DNA of 62,624 nt, filler included. It is 7 parts of 7 records of this genome, joined end to end, with 100 filler letters (N's around TTAATTAATTAA, not from the genome) between each part and the next. Parts side by side here need not be neighbours in the genome. Positions count along the whole stretch, not along the records: positions 34,249 to 45,840 come from SRR9188676_2831; positions 45,941 to 48,979 come from SRR9188676_2837; positions 49,080 to 51,455 come from SRR9188676_2838; 4 more parts are not named here. One strand, 5' to 3'. Under the pieces are notes generated by a model that made no database searches, was not told the DNA's origin, and saw nothing but the letters and a program-made list of their open reading frames with translations. The position numbers and the translations under genes were made by a program. Below, piece by piece: positions 37,501 through 51,063 of this stretch (positions within the stretch are counted from its first letter, which is position 1; each line of letters starts with the position of its first letter).

Positions 37501-38730
37501 AGGCTGGGCATTCCTCCACTAGGCGTTGGCAAGATCCATCCGCGCATTTCACGGGTCGTTCGGCAGGGCACACATGGCCACGAGGGCAGTCGGACAATGC
37601 ACCTCGGCACTCGCCCGTGGGGCATCGCAACGGCGCCGAGCTTGGGCAAGTGTACACAGCCTGAGGGCATGTACCCACACTGTATGCGCAGGAACCGTCC
37701 CAGCATTTCACGGGTCGTTCTCTCGGGCAAGTGATTTGCGTCGGGCACTGAGAGGACAAACCAGCAAGACCACAGGAACCATCCGGGCAGCGAGAGAACT
37801 CGGCGCTGCTGGACAGACCTTTACACGGCGCAGTGGTGAAAAGCGGGCATTCATACACGCTTGAGCGGCAAGATCCGTCCCAGCACTTCACATTGCGGTC
37901 AGCAGGGCAAGTCATGCCAGTGGGGCACTTGAAGGGATGATCCACGCACAGGCCACCAGGGCATCGGTATTGGTCAGTGCTGCAGTAGTCATACCCCAAG
38001 CGAGGAGCGCTGAGCTTGCAGTAGATGGCAGATGGGACACAGGAGCCGTCAGGGCAGAGCACAAAGGAGACAGGGCAAGTGGTGGCCGTGGGGCAGTCTT
38101 GGATGCTGTGACGGCATGAGCCATCAGGGCATGTGACGTTCATATCGGAGTCTGAGCAGCGAAGTGGAGCGGGACCACTCACAGGGCACTCATGCGCAGT
38201 GGCACGACAACTCATGTCGGAGCATGCCACCCATCCAGAGGGGCATGTGACCTGAGTCGGACAAGACTCTGGGCTGTCGACACAAGCACCCGAAGCGCAG
38301 AGTACAGGGCGCGAGGACGGGCACTCGGCCGAGTCGGACACCACAGGCGGGCAGTCATCCAAGTTGAACACGCACGAGCGGCCATCATTGCATAGATAGT
38401 GACCAGGCGGGCATGCGATGGGCGTGGGGCAGTCCGAAGTGGCCAAACGGCAAACGTTGAAGTAAGGACACAAGGTTTGACCACCTTGACATTGCACAAA
38501 GTCCACAGGGAAGCAGAAATCGGAGCAGTGACCATCACCACATCGTGTGAGACCCGAACCTGCGGGGCAAGGACATTCGGTCATGGAACTCAAGCAAGTC
38601 TCGGACTCTGTGCAATAGTATGGCTTTGACACGGGGCACTTGAGCAAGTCATCGTCATTGCCCCAGCTTGCATAGCACGAGCCATTGGGGTATCGGTAAG
38701 GCTTGTTCAAGTCTGTGCAAGTGATGGGTT
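34523..38730 (-). repeat. Cys-rich protein repeat array, CP-x3/4-P-x-[RK]C-x-DG-[ST]C-x5/6-CP
   Basis: Dozens of ~25-aa units such as CPRERPVKCWDGSCAYSVGTCP and CPAERPVKCADGSCQRLVEECP, spread over three exons. Confidence 0.9.
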
Positions 38731-41700
38731 GGACATTCACACTGTACGGGCTGTCAGCCAGGATGGAGCCGTTCAAAGCGATCTGGATAGAATAGGTGCC
38801 ATTGAAGAGAGGCTGGAAGACAGCGGCATAGCGGCCTTCAGAGTCAGCCTGATCCAAGCCAGCAATGAGAACAGGCGTGGAACCAGTGCTGGCACTCGCG
38901 ACAGCCTCCAAGCTAGCATCGCCAGAGATCACGCGTTCCTCAAGGATGTAGTTGTGGTTCTCGCTGTCATCAAACACATATTGCATGACAGGTCGGCCAT
39001 AGCGGTCATAGACAACCTCGGTTTCATACACGGGTGAGCCATTGTTATACAGCAGCTCGCCTGTTGTCTCATTGACGGCTTGCACAGGCTGGTCATTCTC
39101 ATCCCGCTTGACCTGAGTGACCTCGATCATGGCCTGGTCCAGGAAGCGGCTGTACACGCGGTCATTGCCAAACATATCGCGCGATTGGATGTAGAAAGTG
39201 GTGGTGACACCCGCGAAAGTGGACACCAGGTTGCTCACATCGGTTTGAGTCGCGCTCGAGTACGAGGGGAACACAGTGAAGTTGGACGGGCAGCCAGGCA
39301 AATAGCTGTTCAGCTCATTGACCTTGACATAGAAGCCGTAATCGCCAGCAGCAAGAGCAGTGAAGGTGACCACGTAGCCACTGGACTCATTCTTGAAGCT
39401 GACCGTGTAGTTGGACACCGCAGTGACAATGTCACGGGCAGAATCAGAGTAGAGCACCAAGTAGGCATCGAAATCAACCTCGGGAATGATATTATCATAC
39501 TGATCGCGGAAAATAATGACACTCGAGGTCAAATCAGTGCCAGCTTCATAGGGACTAGGCTCAGTGAAACCGAGGAAGCCGCTATTGGCAAGAGACAAGT
39601 CAGCAGGTGTAACCAAGCCTTGAAGAGGGAAAGTTCCGACACGCATATCATCAACATCGGCGCTCGAGAGCAGGAGCAAGTCTAAGGCGTGAACCGCAGC
39701 GAGAGTTTGATTGAAGCTGATCATGTACAATCCAGCACCCATGGCCTCGGCATACAAACCGGTGGAAGCATCGCTATCGATGAGAAGCATGAAAATATCA
39801 TCCGAGTGCTCTTGTTGGTTACCAAAGTAATCTCTGGCAACGATAGAGAAGGAGACTTGCTCACCCGCACGGGCGGTCCAGGCATCGCTAATGGTCACAA
39901 GAGTGTTGTTGGGGTTGGTGACATTGGCCATAATCACGGTGACAGCAGGGGTTGGGATCACATTACCACCCAGAGAGACGATCACATCGTACTCAGAGGT
40001 CACAGTCAAAGTGTAGTCAACAGAGTATGTGCCATCCGTGCGATCGGTAATGACCAAGCTTGCAGGAGATAGAGGAGCATTAGTGAAAACATCGGTGAAG
40101 TCAACAGCCAGGCTGTCGGCCTCTTCCTGGCTTCCCGTGTTTCTCAAGTTATCAAAGCGATCATACGTGATCACCGTGAACAGCTGACGAGTGCCAGCGA
40201 TGGAAAGATCAGTGACATTCACAACAACACAGTGCTCATAGTCGGTGGCAGCGGGTCCAATCACAACTGACTGAACGAGCAAAACTTCGGGCTGATCACG
40301 GACAGTCAGAGCAACACCATCGTACGATGGGTTCACCGTGTAGGTTCCAGTAATCTCGGGGGTCACAGAGACAGAGTAAGTCCCCAACGACAAGGGTTCG
40401 ATAGTCGCATTGTAAGACATGAGGTTGGAAGATCCATCAAGAGTGACTTGGAATCGAGAAGCTTCGCTTTCGAGTGACTCCCATTGGATGTTATCATAGA
40501 GATCATAGGCAACAATGGTGAAAACAATTTGTTCGCCAGCAACAGAACCAGAAGGAACGAGCTGGAGATCACAGCTAGTGGGAGTGATAACATTCGGTGA
40601 GATGATCACATCAAAGAGACCAAGCACGGATGAGGTATGTTCAACCACCAAAGTGTACATTCCAGCAACAAATGTCTCGTAGCTGACAGTGAAAACACCA
40701 CCACTACTGCTAGCGGATTCATCTTGTTGAGTCAAATTGTAGGTCAGGGTCACATTGCTATCGAGGAAGTACAAGGACCATCCAGCTCCCAGATCAGACT
40801 CACGCAAGTTACCAAAGATATCTCGGACATGCAGGGTGAATATGGCATCTTCTCCTGCAACACCAGCTGAAAGACCAGCGCCAGAAGCATCAGAGTCAAT
40901 ACCACTGGTGGGGGCTGGAAGAACAGTGATGGAAGCAGAGTTGTTGATCGCAGCATCATAAATGGAGATAGTCACTTCATAAATGCCAGCGACGGTCAGA
41001 TTGTAGGCGAATGTGTAGCTACCATCATAGTTGTCGACGACAACAGAAGGGTCGATCACCACGGTTTCAGTTTCAGAGGTCAAAAGAATTTCGAGCGTTG
41101 AGCGCTCAGCATCAGAGCCATTCAACCTTTGGTTGAAGAAGTTATCATAGACAACAAGTGTGGAGGTATGGATATCACCAGCAATGATGGGAGATTCGAC
41201 ATCAACCAGCTTGCAGTGGCTTGGGATGGTGTCATTGGGCAACACGATATGCAGAAGCTGACCAACCAAATCGCCCATGTAAGTGGTTGTGATATCATAG
41301 TCTCCAGAGATAGTCAAATTCACAGTCACAAGGTAGCTGCCATCACCATTGGACACAATGTGACCAGCAGCAGCCACAGAGTCGTCCAGAGTGAGGGTGC
41401 TTGCAAACAGGGCCAAATCATCGGCATCGGGTGATACGATCTGGTTGCCGAAGCGATCACGGGTGATGATGTTGTATGAGGTCGTGACACCGGCGATGAC
41501 AGGTGTTACAAGACCACTGCTCTCGGACTGGGAGGCATCCACGACGTTGGGAGTCACGCTCAAGAAGGACTGATAGACCGTACCTGAAGCATGTCCCACA
41601 CTGAAATCGTAAGTGAAGGCGAATGTCGCATTGTAGATGACTTCATACAAGCCATTGCCAACATATGTGACGTTGAATTCGGGCGTCACAGGGAAGAAGG

Positions 41701-44700
41701 TAATACTCCAATCCTCATCATCAACCTCAGTCTGCAAGTTGCCGAAGCGATCATAGGCTTGGATTGTAAACACAGCAGTTTCACCAGCAACAGCACTCGA
41801 GAGGGCAGTGCCAACAGCCTTGGTGCTTGCAGCGTCAGTATCGGCAGAGACAACCTGAACAGCATAGGAACCCTTAATTGCGCTACCACCAAAGGTGATA
41901 GCGATATTATAGCTGGCCGCAACAGTGAGAATATAGCTCACATTATAGGTCCCGTTACCGGCATTGGAAATGACACCTGTAACGGGCACAATAGAAGCGT
42001 CCCCGCCAGACGAGGAGATAAAGACCTGGAAGCTGGCGGCCTCAGTGTCATTGCTTTGAAGTCGCAAGTTGCTATATTTGTCACAAGCCACAACAGAGAA
42101 GGTGTGGTTCGTGCCAGCAACAACAACAGACTCCACAGCTTCAGCGTAAGTCGTAGACGCCACAGTGGGAGCAGGGATAATCACACCATTGAATGGAGAG
42201 CTCTCCACAGGGACTTGATCGGCAGTGCGGTTCACACTCAGAACCACATTACCAGTCGTCTCGGCAGGATAAGTGACAGCGAACCGTCCGAGACCAGTGA
42301 CAAGTGAGGTGATGGTAAGAGAGCTACCACGGAATGAAGCAGCAAACACATCTAAATCATTCTCTTGGACATTGCCGAAGCGATCACGGGCTTGGATCAC
42401 AAAGGAAGCAGTATCACGAGCAACCATGGATGTGAAGTCCGAGGGGAGCTCGACGGTGCAGTGTGCAGAGGAGGTGGCAGCGCTGTGGACCAAGAGGTTC
42501 GTCAAGAGGGTTGAGCCAACATTCGCTCCAGACAGGTGAACAACCACAGAGTAAGACCCGCGCACGGTAGGAGTGAAGCTCACCTGATAATCACCGTCGC
42601 TATTCGCATTCAAAATGGTAGTGGAAACAGTCGCACTCGAAGTGGTGGTATGAGTTACCGTCACGTTGAGCAGGGCAGCCTCATCATCACTGCTCTGCAG
42701 GCGGAGATTCTCGAAGCTATCATACACTCGAACAATGAATGTAGATGTGAGACCGGCAGTGGTTTCGCTTACGTAATTGACAACCTTACTCATGGAGGCA
42801 GAAGTGGGTGCAGGAATAATCGCAATGATACCAGGAGAGAGACTAGTGGGAGCAGATCCGTATGTGATACCGATGGAATAATTACCAGTCAAAGTCAAGT
42901 TGCCAGAGACAAGGAAAGATCCATCTCCACGGGCAGAGACAGAGAAGGTAGATCCAGAGGAAGATCCAGAACGGGTGAGAGTGACAGCAAAGTTGGCGGC
43001 TTCGGTGCTTGTACTAGTCAAACGGGCATTGCCATACACGTCGTAGGCCGTGATAATGAACGAGGTCATTGTGCCAGCCACCACGTGAGGAGGTATGTTG
43101 TCGACGGTACAATTGCTCAGACTGATCGGAGCAGGGTTGATCGAGATCGAGAATGGATTGCTGGGGACGGATCCAGTGGAGAGATGCGTGATGTTCAAGG
43201 AGTGAGAACCAGACTTGGTGATCACATACGAGAATGCAAACGCGCCATTGCCAGAGGAAGAGAGAGGCACAGCGACATTGGAGTCCAAAACTGCACTCCA
43301 TGCAGAGATACTGTTGTCAGACAAGGCAAGATTGCTGTATTGATCGTACGATTGAAGTGCGACGCTCAAAGTGGTCCCAGCATCAACATTGCCGGTGAGA
43401 CCAGAGCCAGAGACAGTGGAAGCGGAGCCAAGAGTAGGAGCATGGAGGATGGCGGTCATGTAGGGGTTGTTGAAGTTGATAGAAATGCCGTTCACAGAGG
43501 CGCTGATACTGTATGTTCCTGCGACGGTGGGAGTGAAAGAATAGCCATATTGGCCATCAACACCACTAGTAGTAACAACAGGGGTCACATTGAGCGAACC
43601 AGAGGCCAAGCCGATAGTCATGCTGATGGATTCGGCCTCAGTAGAGTTGCCAGTCTTGCGCTCGTTGTCGAATTGGTCCTTGGTTACAAGCTGGAAGGTC
43701 ACTGGAACGCCAGCAATGGTGTTGGTCGTCAAGTTGCGGAGGATCGAGTGAGAGGAGCTGGTCGCAGCAGGGAGAACCACGCCGGCAACCGAACCTTGAG
43801 TCAAAGAAGCAGAGCTGAGCTTGGCACTAATCGCGAGAGTCTGAGCAACGGAACCATTGAAGGTAGCGATGTACAGACCATCGAGAGCGGACCCAGACTT
43901 GGCAACGGTGGCAGAGGGAGAGCTAGAAGAGCCTTGAAGAGTCACAGAGAACAAATCTGAGCTGGTTTCCTGGTCGTTTCCATAAACATCCCTAGCTTGA
44001 ATCAAGAAGGTCAGAGTGTCAGAGGCAATCATGGTCCAGTTCACGGGCAGCATCACAACAGAGGTTGTGGCAGAGGTGGTCGCAGGGATCACATAGGTAG
44101 TATTTGTGGGAACAACCTCCACATAATCGCGGGTCAAGTTTACGAGGTAGGTGCCCTTGACGGTCGGGGTATAAGTCACAAGGTAGCGGCCATCAGAATT
44201 GATGTTCTTGATGGAAGCAGCAACGCGAACAGATGAGCTTGTCTGATGGACCAAAACACAGTCAAACAAAGCGCTCTCATCATCACTGCTAACGCCACGA
44301 AGATTGTCGTATTGATCGCGGACTGTGATGATAAAGGACGCTTGAACACCGGCAGTGCTAGAGGAAACAACATCGGTCAACGAATCGGCGGCGGATGTCG
44401 CAGCCGGAGAGACAATGACGTAATATGGGTTGTTGTTCACAACCACATCATTGTACTTCAATGTCAAAGAGTGAACGCCAGAGACCGTGTAGAGCACAGA
44501 CGCATCGAACAGAGTGGAGTCGGCTGCATTCTTGACACCAGAGGTCACAGAAGTGGCGTCGGTTACCAGCTCGAACGTCGAGTCACCGTACGGGCAGCGG
44601 TTTCCAAAGATATCCTAACAGAGGGGAAAGAAAGAATAAAAGCGACGAGCGGAGATACAGACAATGAGAACGGATAAAAAAAACATTTAGGCAGAAGGAT

Positions 44701-45840
44701 AACGCAGACGACGAATATATAAGATCGACGGACAAAGCTCCCCTCAAAATGACAAATACAATGACAATTTGCACACAAAATGACTTGGAAAAGCTTACCC
44801 GAGCCTGAACTTGGAAGTCAGTGAGGACACCTGCGGTTGTGGTCAAGTTATTCACAACGGTCCAGGACGAGTGCTCTGGACTGAGCGAAGCGGCATTAAT
44901 GGTAAGGGTGAGAGGACCAGTTCTTGAGCCCATGATAATAGCAACGTTGCCGGTAACCTCGACAGCCAGAGAGTAGGAACTAGCTTGATCAACTCGGTAG
45001 GAAACAATGTATTGACCGCTTCCGACGGGAGAAACACTACATCCCGGACCAGAAAGAGCAAGAGGAGTGGATTCCTTGTCAGAAATGCAGGAATATGTAG
45101 CAATTCCAGCGATTCGGACATAGAAGAGATCATTCTTTCCTGTGATGAGGTTTCCACCATCGCTCTTACTTTGGATTGTGAACTGACATGTAGTTCCAGC
45201 AGTGCAAAGAGTAAGTCCAGAGCCTGATGCAGCGGAGAAGGAGGATGCAGTAGCAGTGTTGACGAAATAGACTAAGAATGGACTGCCAGAAATGTGCTCA
45301 CCATTCAGCTTGACAGACATCTGAATGTAGGTTTCAAGATCACAAGCATCAAACTGGGGGCAAGATAGAAGCGGAAGGTACGAAGCGTTGTAACTGCCAT
45401 CATTGAGATTGGTAGCTTGAATGAGATCGAACGTGGAGGTACTGAGGAAAGCGTGACTGTCAGCGTAGGCAAAAGAAATGTCAAAGGAATCATCAAGGGC
45501 TACTCGGAGATTACCATAGATGTCACGAGATGAAATGAGGAAAGTGGAGTTGAACTGATTAGCACCACCACTAAGACCGGAGCCAGCTGCGGATGTAAGG
45601 GAGGCAGAGGCAGCAGCAGGGGTAACAGTGATCTGGTATGAAGAGGTTAAGTTGTAAGTGCTGAAGGAGAGCAACAAGCTGTAAACACCGGTAACGGTAG
45701 GAGCATAGCTAACAGTGTATTGGCCGTCAGTGGCATAATCAATTGATCCCGAAGCAAGAGCAGATGTAGAATATACGAGGGGACTGATGGAGGCAGCAGT
45801 GTCAGCACCCCCAGTCCACAAGTTGTTGCCAAAGCGATCA
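34523..45840 (-). CDS. Partial giant extracellular protein: ~20 filamin-type Ig repeats followed by a long Cys-rich repeat array
   Basis: Exons 45840-44799, 44614-36901, 36644-35351, 35039-34523 join in phase through GT-AG introns (junctions QAR|DIFGN and RCP|DFSC). Both ends are cut off by spacers. Confidence 0.85.
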
Positions 45841-45940
45841 NNNNNNNNNNNNNNNNNNNNNNNNNNNNNNNNNNNNNNNNNNNNTTAATTAATTAANNNN
45901 NNNNNNNNNNNNNNNNNNNNNNNNNNNNNNNNNNNNNNNN
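45841..45940. other. Artificial contig spacer
   Basis: Same N/TTAATTAATTAA/N block. Confidence 0.97.
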
Positions 45941-46037
45941 ATCATACACGAGCAATTAGGCCTCGATTGCACCAGCGGGTGCTCGATATTTGTATATGTA
46001 ATGGGCTGCCTGTAAATACGTGGGTGGCCAACGTACT

Positions 46038-46848
46038 CAGTGATAGCATAGGGGGAGCCGATGACGTCATCAACAGTGTAACCAGGGAGAACCTGAAAGC
46101 AAGAACGAAAGAAATAAAAAAGATGATAACATATGTGTATACTAAGGAAAACAATGAAGAAATAAGCTTTAAAAATGATCAGTCAACTCAGGAGGTTACG
46201 ATGAATGCAAACAATCATCAATTTCTGTTCGAAATGTTGGTGAGTGAGAGACTGATGTGTATGTCAAATATAGGATCACGAAAGAGAATAAAATCAAAAA
46301 ATACGGTAAACATGAACAAGGATTATAGATCTCAGAAAATAGCCAAATAAAGAAGGGAAGTGAGAGGAAGCACAGGATAGGAAGCTCATGTCTTGCCGGA
46401 GCTGTGATTCAAGGGAGAGGAAGAGTTTGTTTTAAAAAAATTAAGGGTCAGCTTACGGCAGAATAATCACGAGTCTTGTCGATTTCCAAACCATAGTTAC
46501 CCAGGCTCCAGACACCCATGAGCCAGACAGCGTCAATCTCCTTGGGGAAGGAGTCTAACTCAGCATCAGGGACATCGGCAAGCTTCATTTGTTTACCATA
46601 CTATATTTTCATAATTTTATTAGCATTCCATGTAAAAAAAATGGAGGTTGATCAAAATATCTTCGGAGTCGCATTAGATGAAGATGAAATACCTTCTGAG
46701 AAAGTTCATAGAGCCAAGGGCGAGTGGAAATCTCGTAGATGGTTGGGAAAGGCTCCACATTTGTCATAGAAGGACGAGAAATGATGGTTGGCAAAGCGTA
46801 CCCCAGTGAAAAGAGGGCAAAAAGCAATGCAAGGGATGCTATCTTCAT
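46038..46848 (-). CDS. Secreted GH13 alpha-amylase-family protein, first three exons (3'-truncated)
   Basis: Exons 46848-46693, 46600-46457, 46092-~46038. Signal peptide, then IYEISTRPWLYELS, DAVWLMGVW and LPGYTVDDVIGSPYAI, motifs of a GH13 amylase subgroup. Confidence 0.8.
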
Positions 46849-47160
46849 TTTCGCAACGCAAACCCCAAAACAAACCCAACCCCCTATATTTCAAAGAGAT
46901 CTTCAAAGAACTAAACTCGTTGGGGGGGGGTTAATCCCATAAAGTTTAGGGTCACGATTGTGGTTTTCGATATTCGCAGGAAATTCGCAGATGAAAGATC
47001 TCTCTCTACCTGTGTCAAAAGAAATGATGAATAAAGAGCAAAATACTCTCTCTTTGCTTCTATGTACGTAGCTGGCTTCTTTCCTTTTAAGAACCTTTCA
47101 TCGGGGAACATAAAACCAGAGCGAGATTGATGTGACATTCACGCGCGATCCACAAAAAGA

Positions 47161-47926
47161 ATGTCAGAGTTGTACTTGATTGACATTAAGGATCCTGAGG
47201 AATTCGATCCATTATTATTAGATTATACATGCCGCTATCCTGGGCTCTCACTTTATGTGCTAATCCTCCCTATCGGTCAAGATCAACAATTGATCGAGGA
47301 GACTGTTTCCAAAAGCATTGGAGAAAAGGCCATGATTTTCAAGTGCCTGGTACGGAATATATCATCTTATTCGCGTATATCATGTTGATCTCAGTCGTAA
47401 TATCTAGAATTAAATACGCTCGAGAACTTTCTGTCATTTGGAATGAAATCTTGATCTTCGTCTTGTTTCGATAGTATTGATTTCCATCAAGAATAATACT
47501 TTTAGTGTTTGTTATCTAAATATTTTGGATCTTTTTGGATCTGAGATTCCGTTGATTCCTGTCCGATGATGGCCGCCATATACATCATGATGATCTCTCG
47601 CACGATCTGCTGGTTCCACTGCTCATGTTAATTTGTAGGTTTCGGATGAAAAGGCTGCAGTCTATTACCGCGACCATCATCTCGTTCAGGCGACAGAGGT
47701 TCCTGCCCTGCTGCGATTGCTTCGATTTGATGAATCTACGAAATGCAAGAGTCCATTTGTTGTACTTCGTGAGATCCGAGGCATTGAGCTCCTTTGCCTT
47801 AACTCGTTGCGTTCTCTTCTTGGGGAGCCCGGTTCGCTGCTGTATGCTCCCTCCTATCTTGTTGCTCCCATTTTGGACGCACATTGTTCTCAGCCACCAC
47901 GGCCTTTCGGCTTTATCGAGCATTTC
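47161..47926 (+). CDS. Hypothetical spliced protein, possibly an N-terminal extension of the cupin gene
   Basis: ATG at 47161, donor GTACGG near 47350, acceptor TTGTAG near 47638, open second exon to ~47926. I could not find an in-phase join to the cupin exons. Confidence 0.4.
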
Positions 47927-48016
47927 GTATTTGTGATCTTATCTACATCTGTATCATTGACCATTGTGCCTGCAATACATGGTGATTGCTGATGTCACTT
48001 TTTCTGCAGCTCGAAT

Positions 48017-48539
48017 ATGGTTCCTTCGTTCTATGAGGTGGTTCATCAATTTGAACTCCTTCCCCATGTTGAAGGTCAGCAAAGTTGTGTGTATACGTGT
48101 AAAAATGATACGTGTCCAGCTCACTGAGGACACAGCTCATGATATTGCCAGTGTCTAGTCCCGTACATGTTGTCCCATATTTGAGGATATGTTTCGTAAT
48201 TTTCTTGAAAATCATTACAGAACCGAATTCGCAAGACTAATTGTTCTATTCGAAATCTGCATTCTTGCTCATACAATATGGTCTCGAAACGGGGATCTTT
48301 TCTGCTTTTCTTTGATGATCTATGCAGTCGGTTATTGCTTGATATCTAACAATATATCTTGTTATATAGGGGGATTTTACCGCCGAACATTCGAATCCAG
48401 CATCATGATCCCACAGTCAGTCCTTGGCCCGGCTTTCCATGGAGATCGGCCGGCAAGCACAAGCATCTACTTTCTGGTGGCACGCGGGCAGATTTCTCAA
48501 ATCCACCGCATTCGGTCCTCGGAGATGTGGCATCATTAT
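48017..48539 (+). CDS. DUF985/Cupin_5-family protein, partial
   Basis: Exons ~48017-48074 and 48370-48539 splice to LLPHVEGGFYRRTF..RPASTSIYFLV..HRIRSSEMWHHY, matching the HPEGG..TSIYFLL..HR..E.WH signature. Confidence 0.8.
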
Positions 48540-48979
48540 GTACGTTCGAATAAGAGAGTCTGATTGTCTCGATGAAGCGGAAAATTGGCCGTATTATGCG
48601 ATTATAAGCTCGTCGTGGGTTCTTTATGAATTTATTATTTTTTGCAACCTTCAGAGAGCATAGCCAAATTGCAATTTGGTCAAGTTAATAATACTGTAGT
48701 AACCTTTACAATTTCTATCTAGGATCATATTCACATTACGCAACGATGGTTGTATTGATGTAAGAATTATCACTTTCAAATAATGCATTCACATGTCGTC
48801 TTTTATAAACACCTGATTCCTTTTCCCGCTCCTTTGGTTATATATCATGACTATTTTAAAATCAATATATTCCATCCATTATTGGCTTGTTTATTTTCTA
48901 TATATCAAGAATTGGAATAACATTTTCCCACATCCATTTCACATCTCATCTTTTCACAATTGTCCTCTTCGGATCCTAA

Positions 48980-49079
48980 NNNNNNNNNNNNNNNNNNNNN
49001 NNNNNNNNNNNNNNNNNNNNNNNTTAATTAATTAANNNNNNNNNNNNNNNNNNNNNNNNNNNNNNNNNNNNNNNNNNNN
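48980..49079. other. Artificial contig spacer
   Basis: Same N/TTAATTAATTAA/N block. Confidence 0.97.
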
Positions 49080-49599
49080 CTCACAGGCACGGATGAGCAG
49101 GCCATACATAAGATACAGTCACGCAAGAATGTCACTGCAATCTCACGCCCTGCTACTGTCACATCCTTCGATCACTATGGCCAGATTTTACACCATGCTA
49201 TCACACACACCTCACCTAATCCGAACAAAAGAAACTGATGAATATATTTCCCCATGTCTAAATAAAAAATCAGCATCAGCATACGCTGAAAAATCACCAA
49301 TTCATTATATCTCGCTACAGCGTAAGGGTTGGAGAGATTTCAGCCATCGGTGAGCCATGCTCTATTCTGACTCATTAATAGTCCAGAATATTGATACGGG
49401 GTCAGGAGAGATGTACGGCAGGTGGGAAATGTTCATAAATACGTAATTTTAGATATGATCATTCGAATCGATATTTTTATGTTACATTTCATGGCTATAT
49501 CTGGGAACGAGACTAGATTTTTTCTCGTCTAGCGCTCTCTTTCCGGTGAAATTGAAGCCAACCAGAACTATAGTTATCGTGAAAATAAGGGGATATGAC

Positions 49600-50112
49600 G
49601 TACGAGAACATATTGAGTCCGAAGGCGATGCCACGTGTAGACTCCTTGCCCACGGCAAACTGTGCGAGTGCATACGGCTCCACCATCACCCTGCCAAGGT
49701 CTATTTTGCTGTGTGCTACAGCCCTCACTCCCTCTACATATCACACATCTCAGACATGATTGGAACATTTCTCTCAATGTGGGAAAATGTTTACAAATGC
49801 GTGATCACATACCTCGGATTGACATTTCGCCTGTCACCACATTCGGCCCGAATTTCGTTGAGAAAGTACCATAGGCCGCGGCGTTTGCGAGGTTAGAGAC
49901 AGGCCCACTCTTGAACAGCCCAGAGAAAAACTAACGACAAGATGATGAGCATCGGGCCAGATTTGGAAACTTTCGGGACATACCTGGTCTCTCTCTGGAT
50001 AATAACGCACATCAAGGTCAACAGCGTGGTCCGCGCTGATCTGTTCATGTAGAACATTGTGCGTTGTGCGAGATACATATTCTGAAAGATCATCAGTCGG
50101 CCTAACAGACAT
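49600..50112 (-). CDS. Hypothetical spliced gene divergent from the TPR gene
   Basis: ATG at 50112, two GTATGT donor-like sites (~49983, ~49812) and GC-richer open segments. Exon structure not resolved. Confidence 0.3.
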
Positions 50113-50365
50113 TTAGCTTCAGTCCAAGGACATAATCGTCATTATCACATACTTTCGTGCTCGTTGTCTCGAAAATGGTGGTGGAATGAAATATTTGGGA
50201 CTCTCAGCGGAGGCCATCTTTCACCATGTGCTGTTTCTAAAATTTATTTACAAACCTTTAAAAATGCGATGTGAAAATTAGCAACCGATCAACGCAAGCT
50301 GAGAGAAACACCTGGTTTTCCTTTGATATCCTTCATGGCAGGTGCCTAATTTACCAGATTTCATC

Positions 50366-51063
50366 ATGGGTAATGCGGCATCTGTAAACTCGAAACGAGA
50401 GGAGGGAAATAAATGCTTTACGAATGGAGAGTATGAGAAGGCGATCCTGTTATATACGGAAGCCATCCGAGAGGCCAAGGAAGCAGAAGGTCTTGAAAAA
50501 CTCTACACAAATCGAAGCGCGGCATATTATGGTGCTGGCTGGTATGGTGCCGCTCTTTTCGATGCTTACAAGAGCATTCAAGTCAATGCATTTTGGGCAA
50601 AGGTTTGCATCAACTAGCCGAATCAAGAATATGTCCTCATCGAACTTGTTTGTTAAAGGCATATTTCCGTGGTGGCCAAGCAGCCTTTGCATTACATCAA
50701 TGGGATGAAGCATTTCGGCTTTTTCATAAAGGGCTGGCCCTCTCGCCCGATGATAAGTCCTTGCAGGTACTCCCTTCAGGAATTATCCTCTTAAATTTTA
50801 TCCTACTCAATGAAGAATAACTTCATACTCATCTGGTTGCCTGATTTTTCATGAAATTCTAATCGCATCCCTGAACACATGCATCCCTCCCCCCCCCGCT
50901 CCATTTTCGTGCTCTGGCTACACAGGAATGGACGCTGAAGACTGAGGAGCAGCTGGCACAGGTGTTCAAGCGTACGAATAAGAATGCTATCAACTTCCCG
51001 GGACGCCCCACCCTATACACGTGGGGCTCGAATGCATCCCAGGAGTGCGGCCTCATGAATATG
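50366..51063 (+). CDS. TPR-domain protein with start of an RCC1-like repeat; possible N-myristoylation; 3'-truncated
   Basis: Exons 50366-50602, 50659-50766, 50926-51063. TPR consensus KREEGNKCF..YEKAILLYTEAI, LYTNRSAAY, WAKAYFRGG. Then LYTWGSNASQECG. Starts MGNAAS. Confidence 0.8.

Noticed and set aside
23079-45840. Contigs 2 and 3 as one continuous gene, or all three giant genes as a cluster
   Set aside because: They are separated by artificial spacers, so adjacency carries no information. Codon bias and repeat composition also differ.
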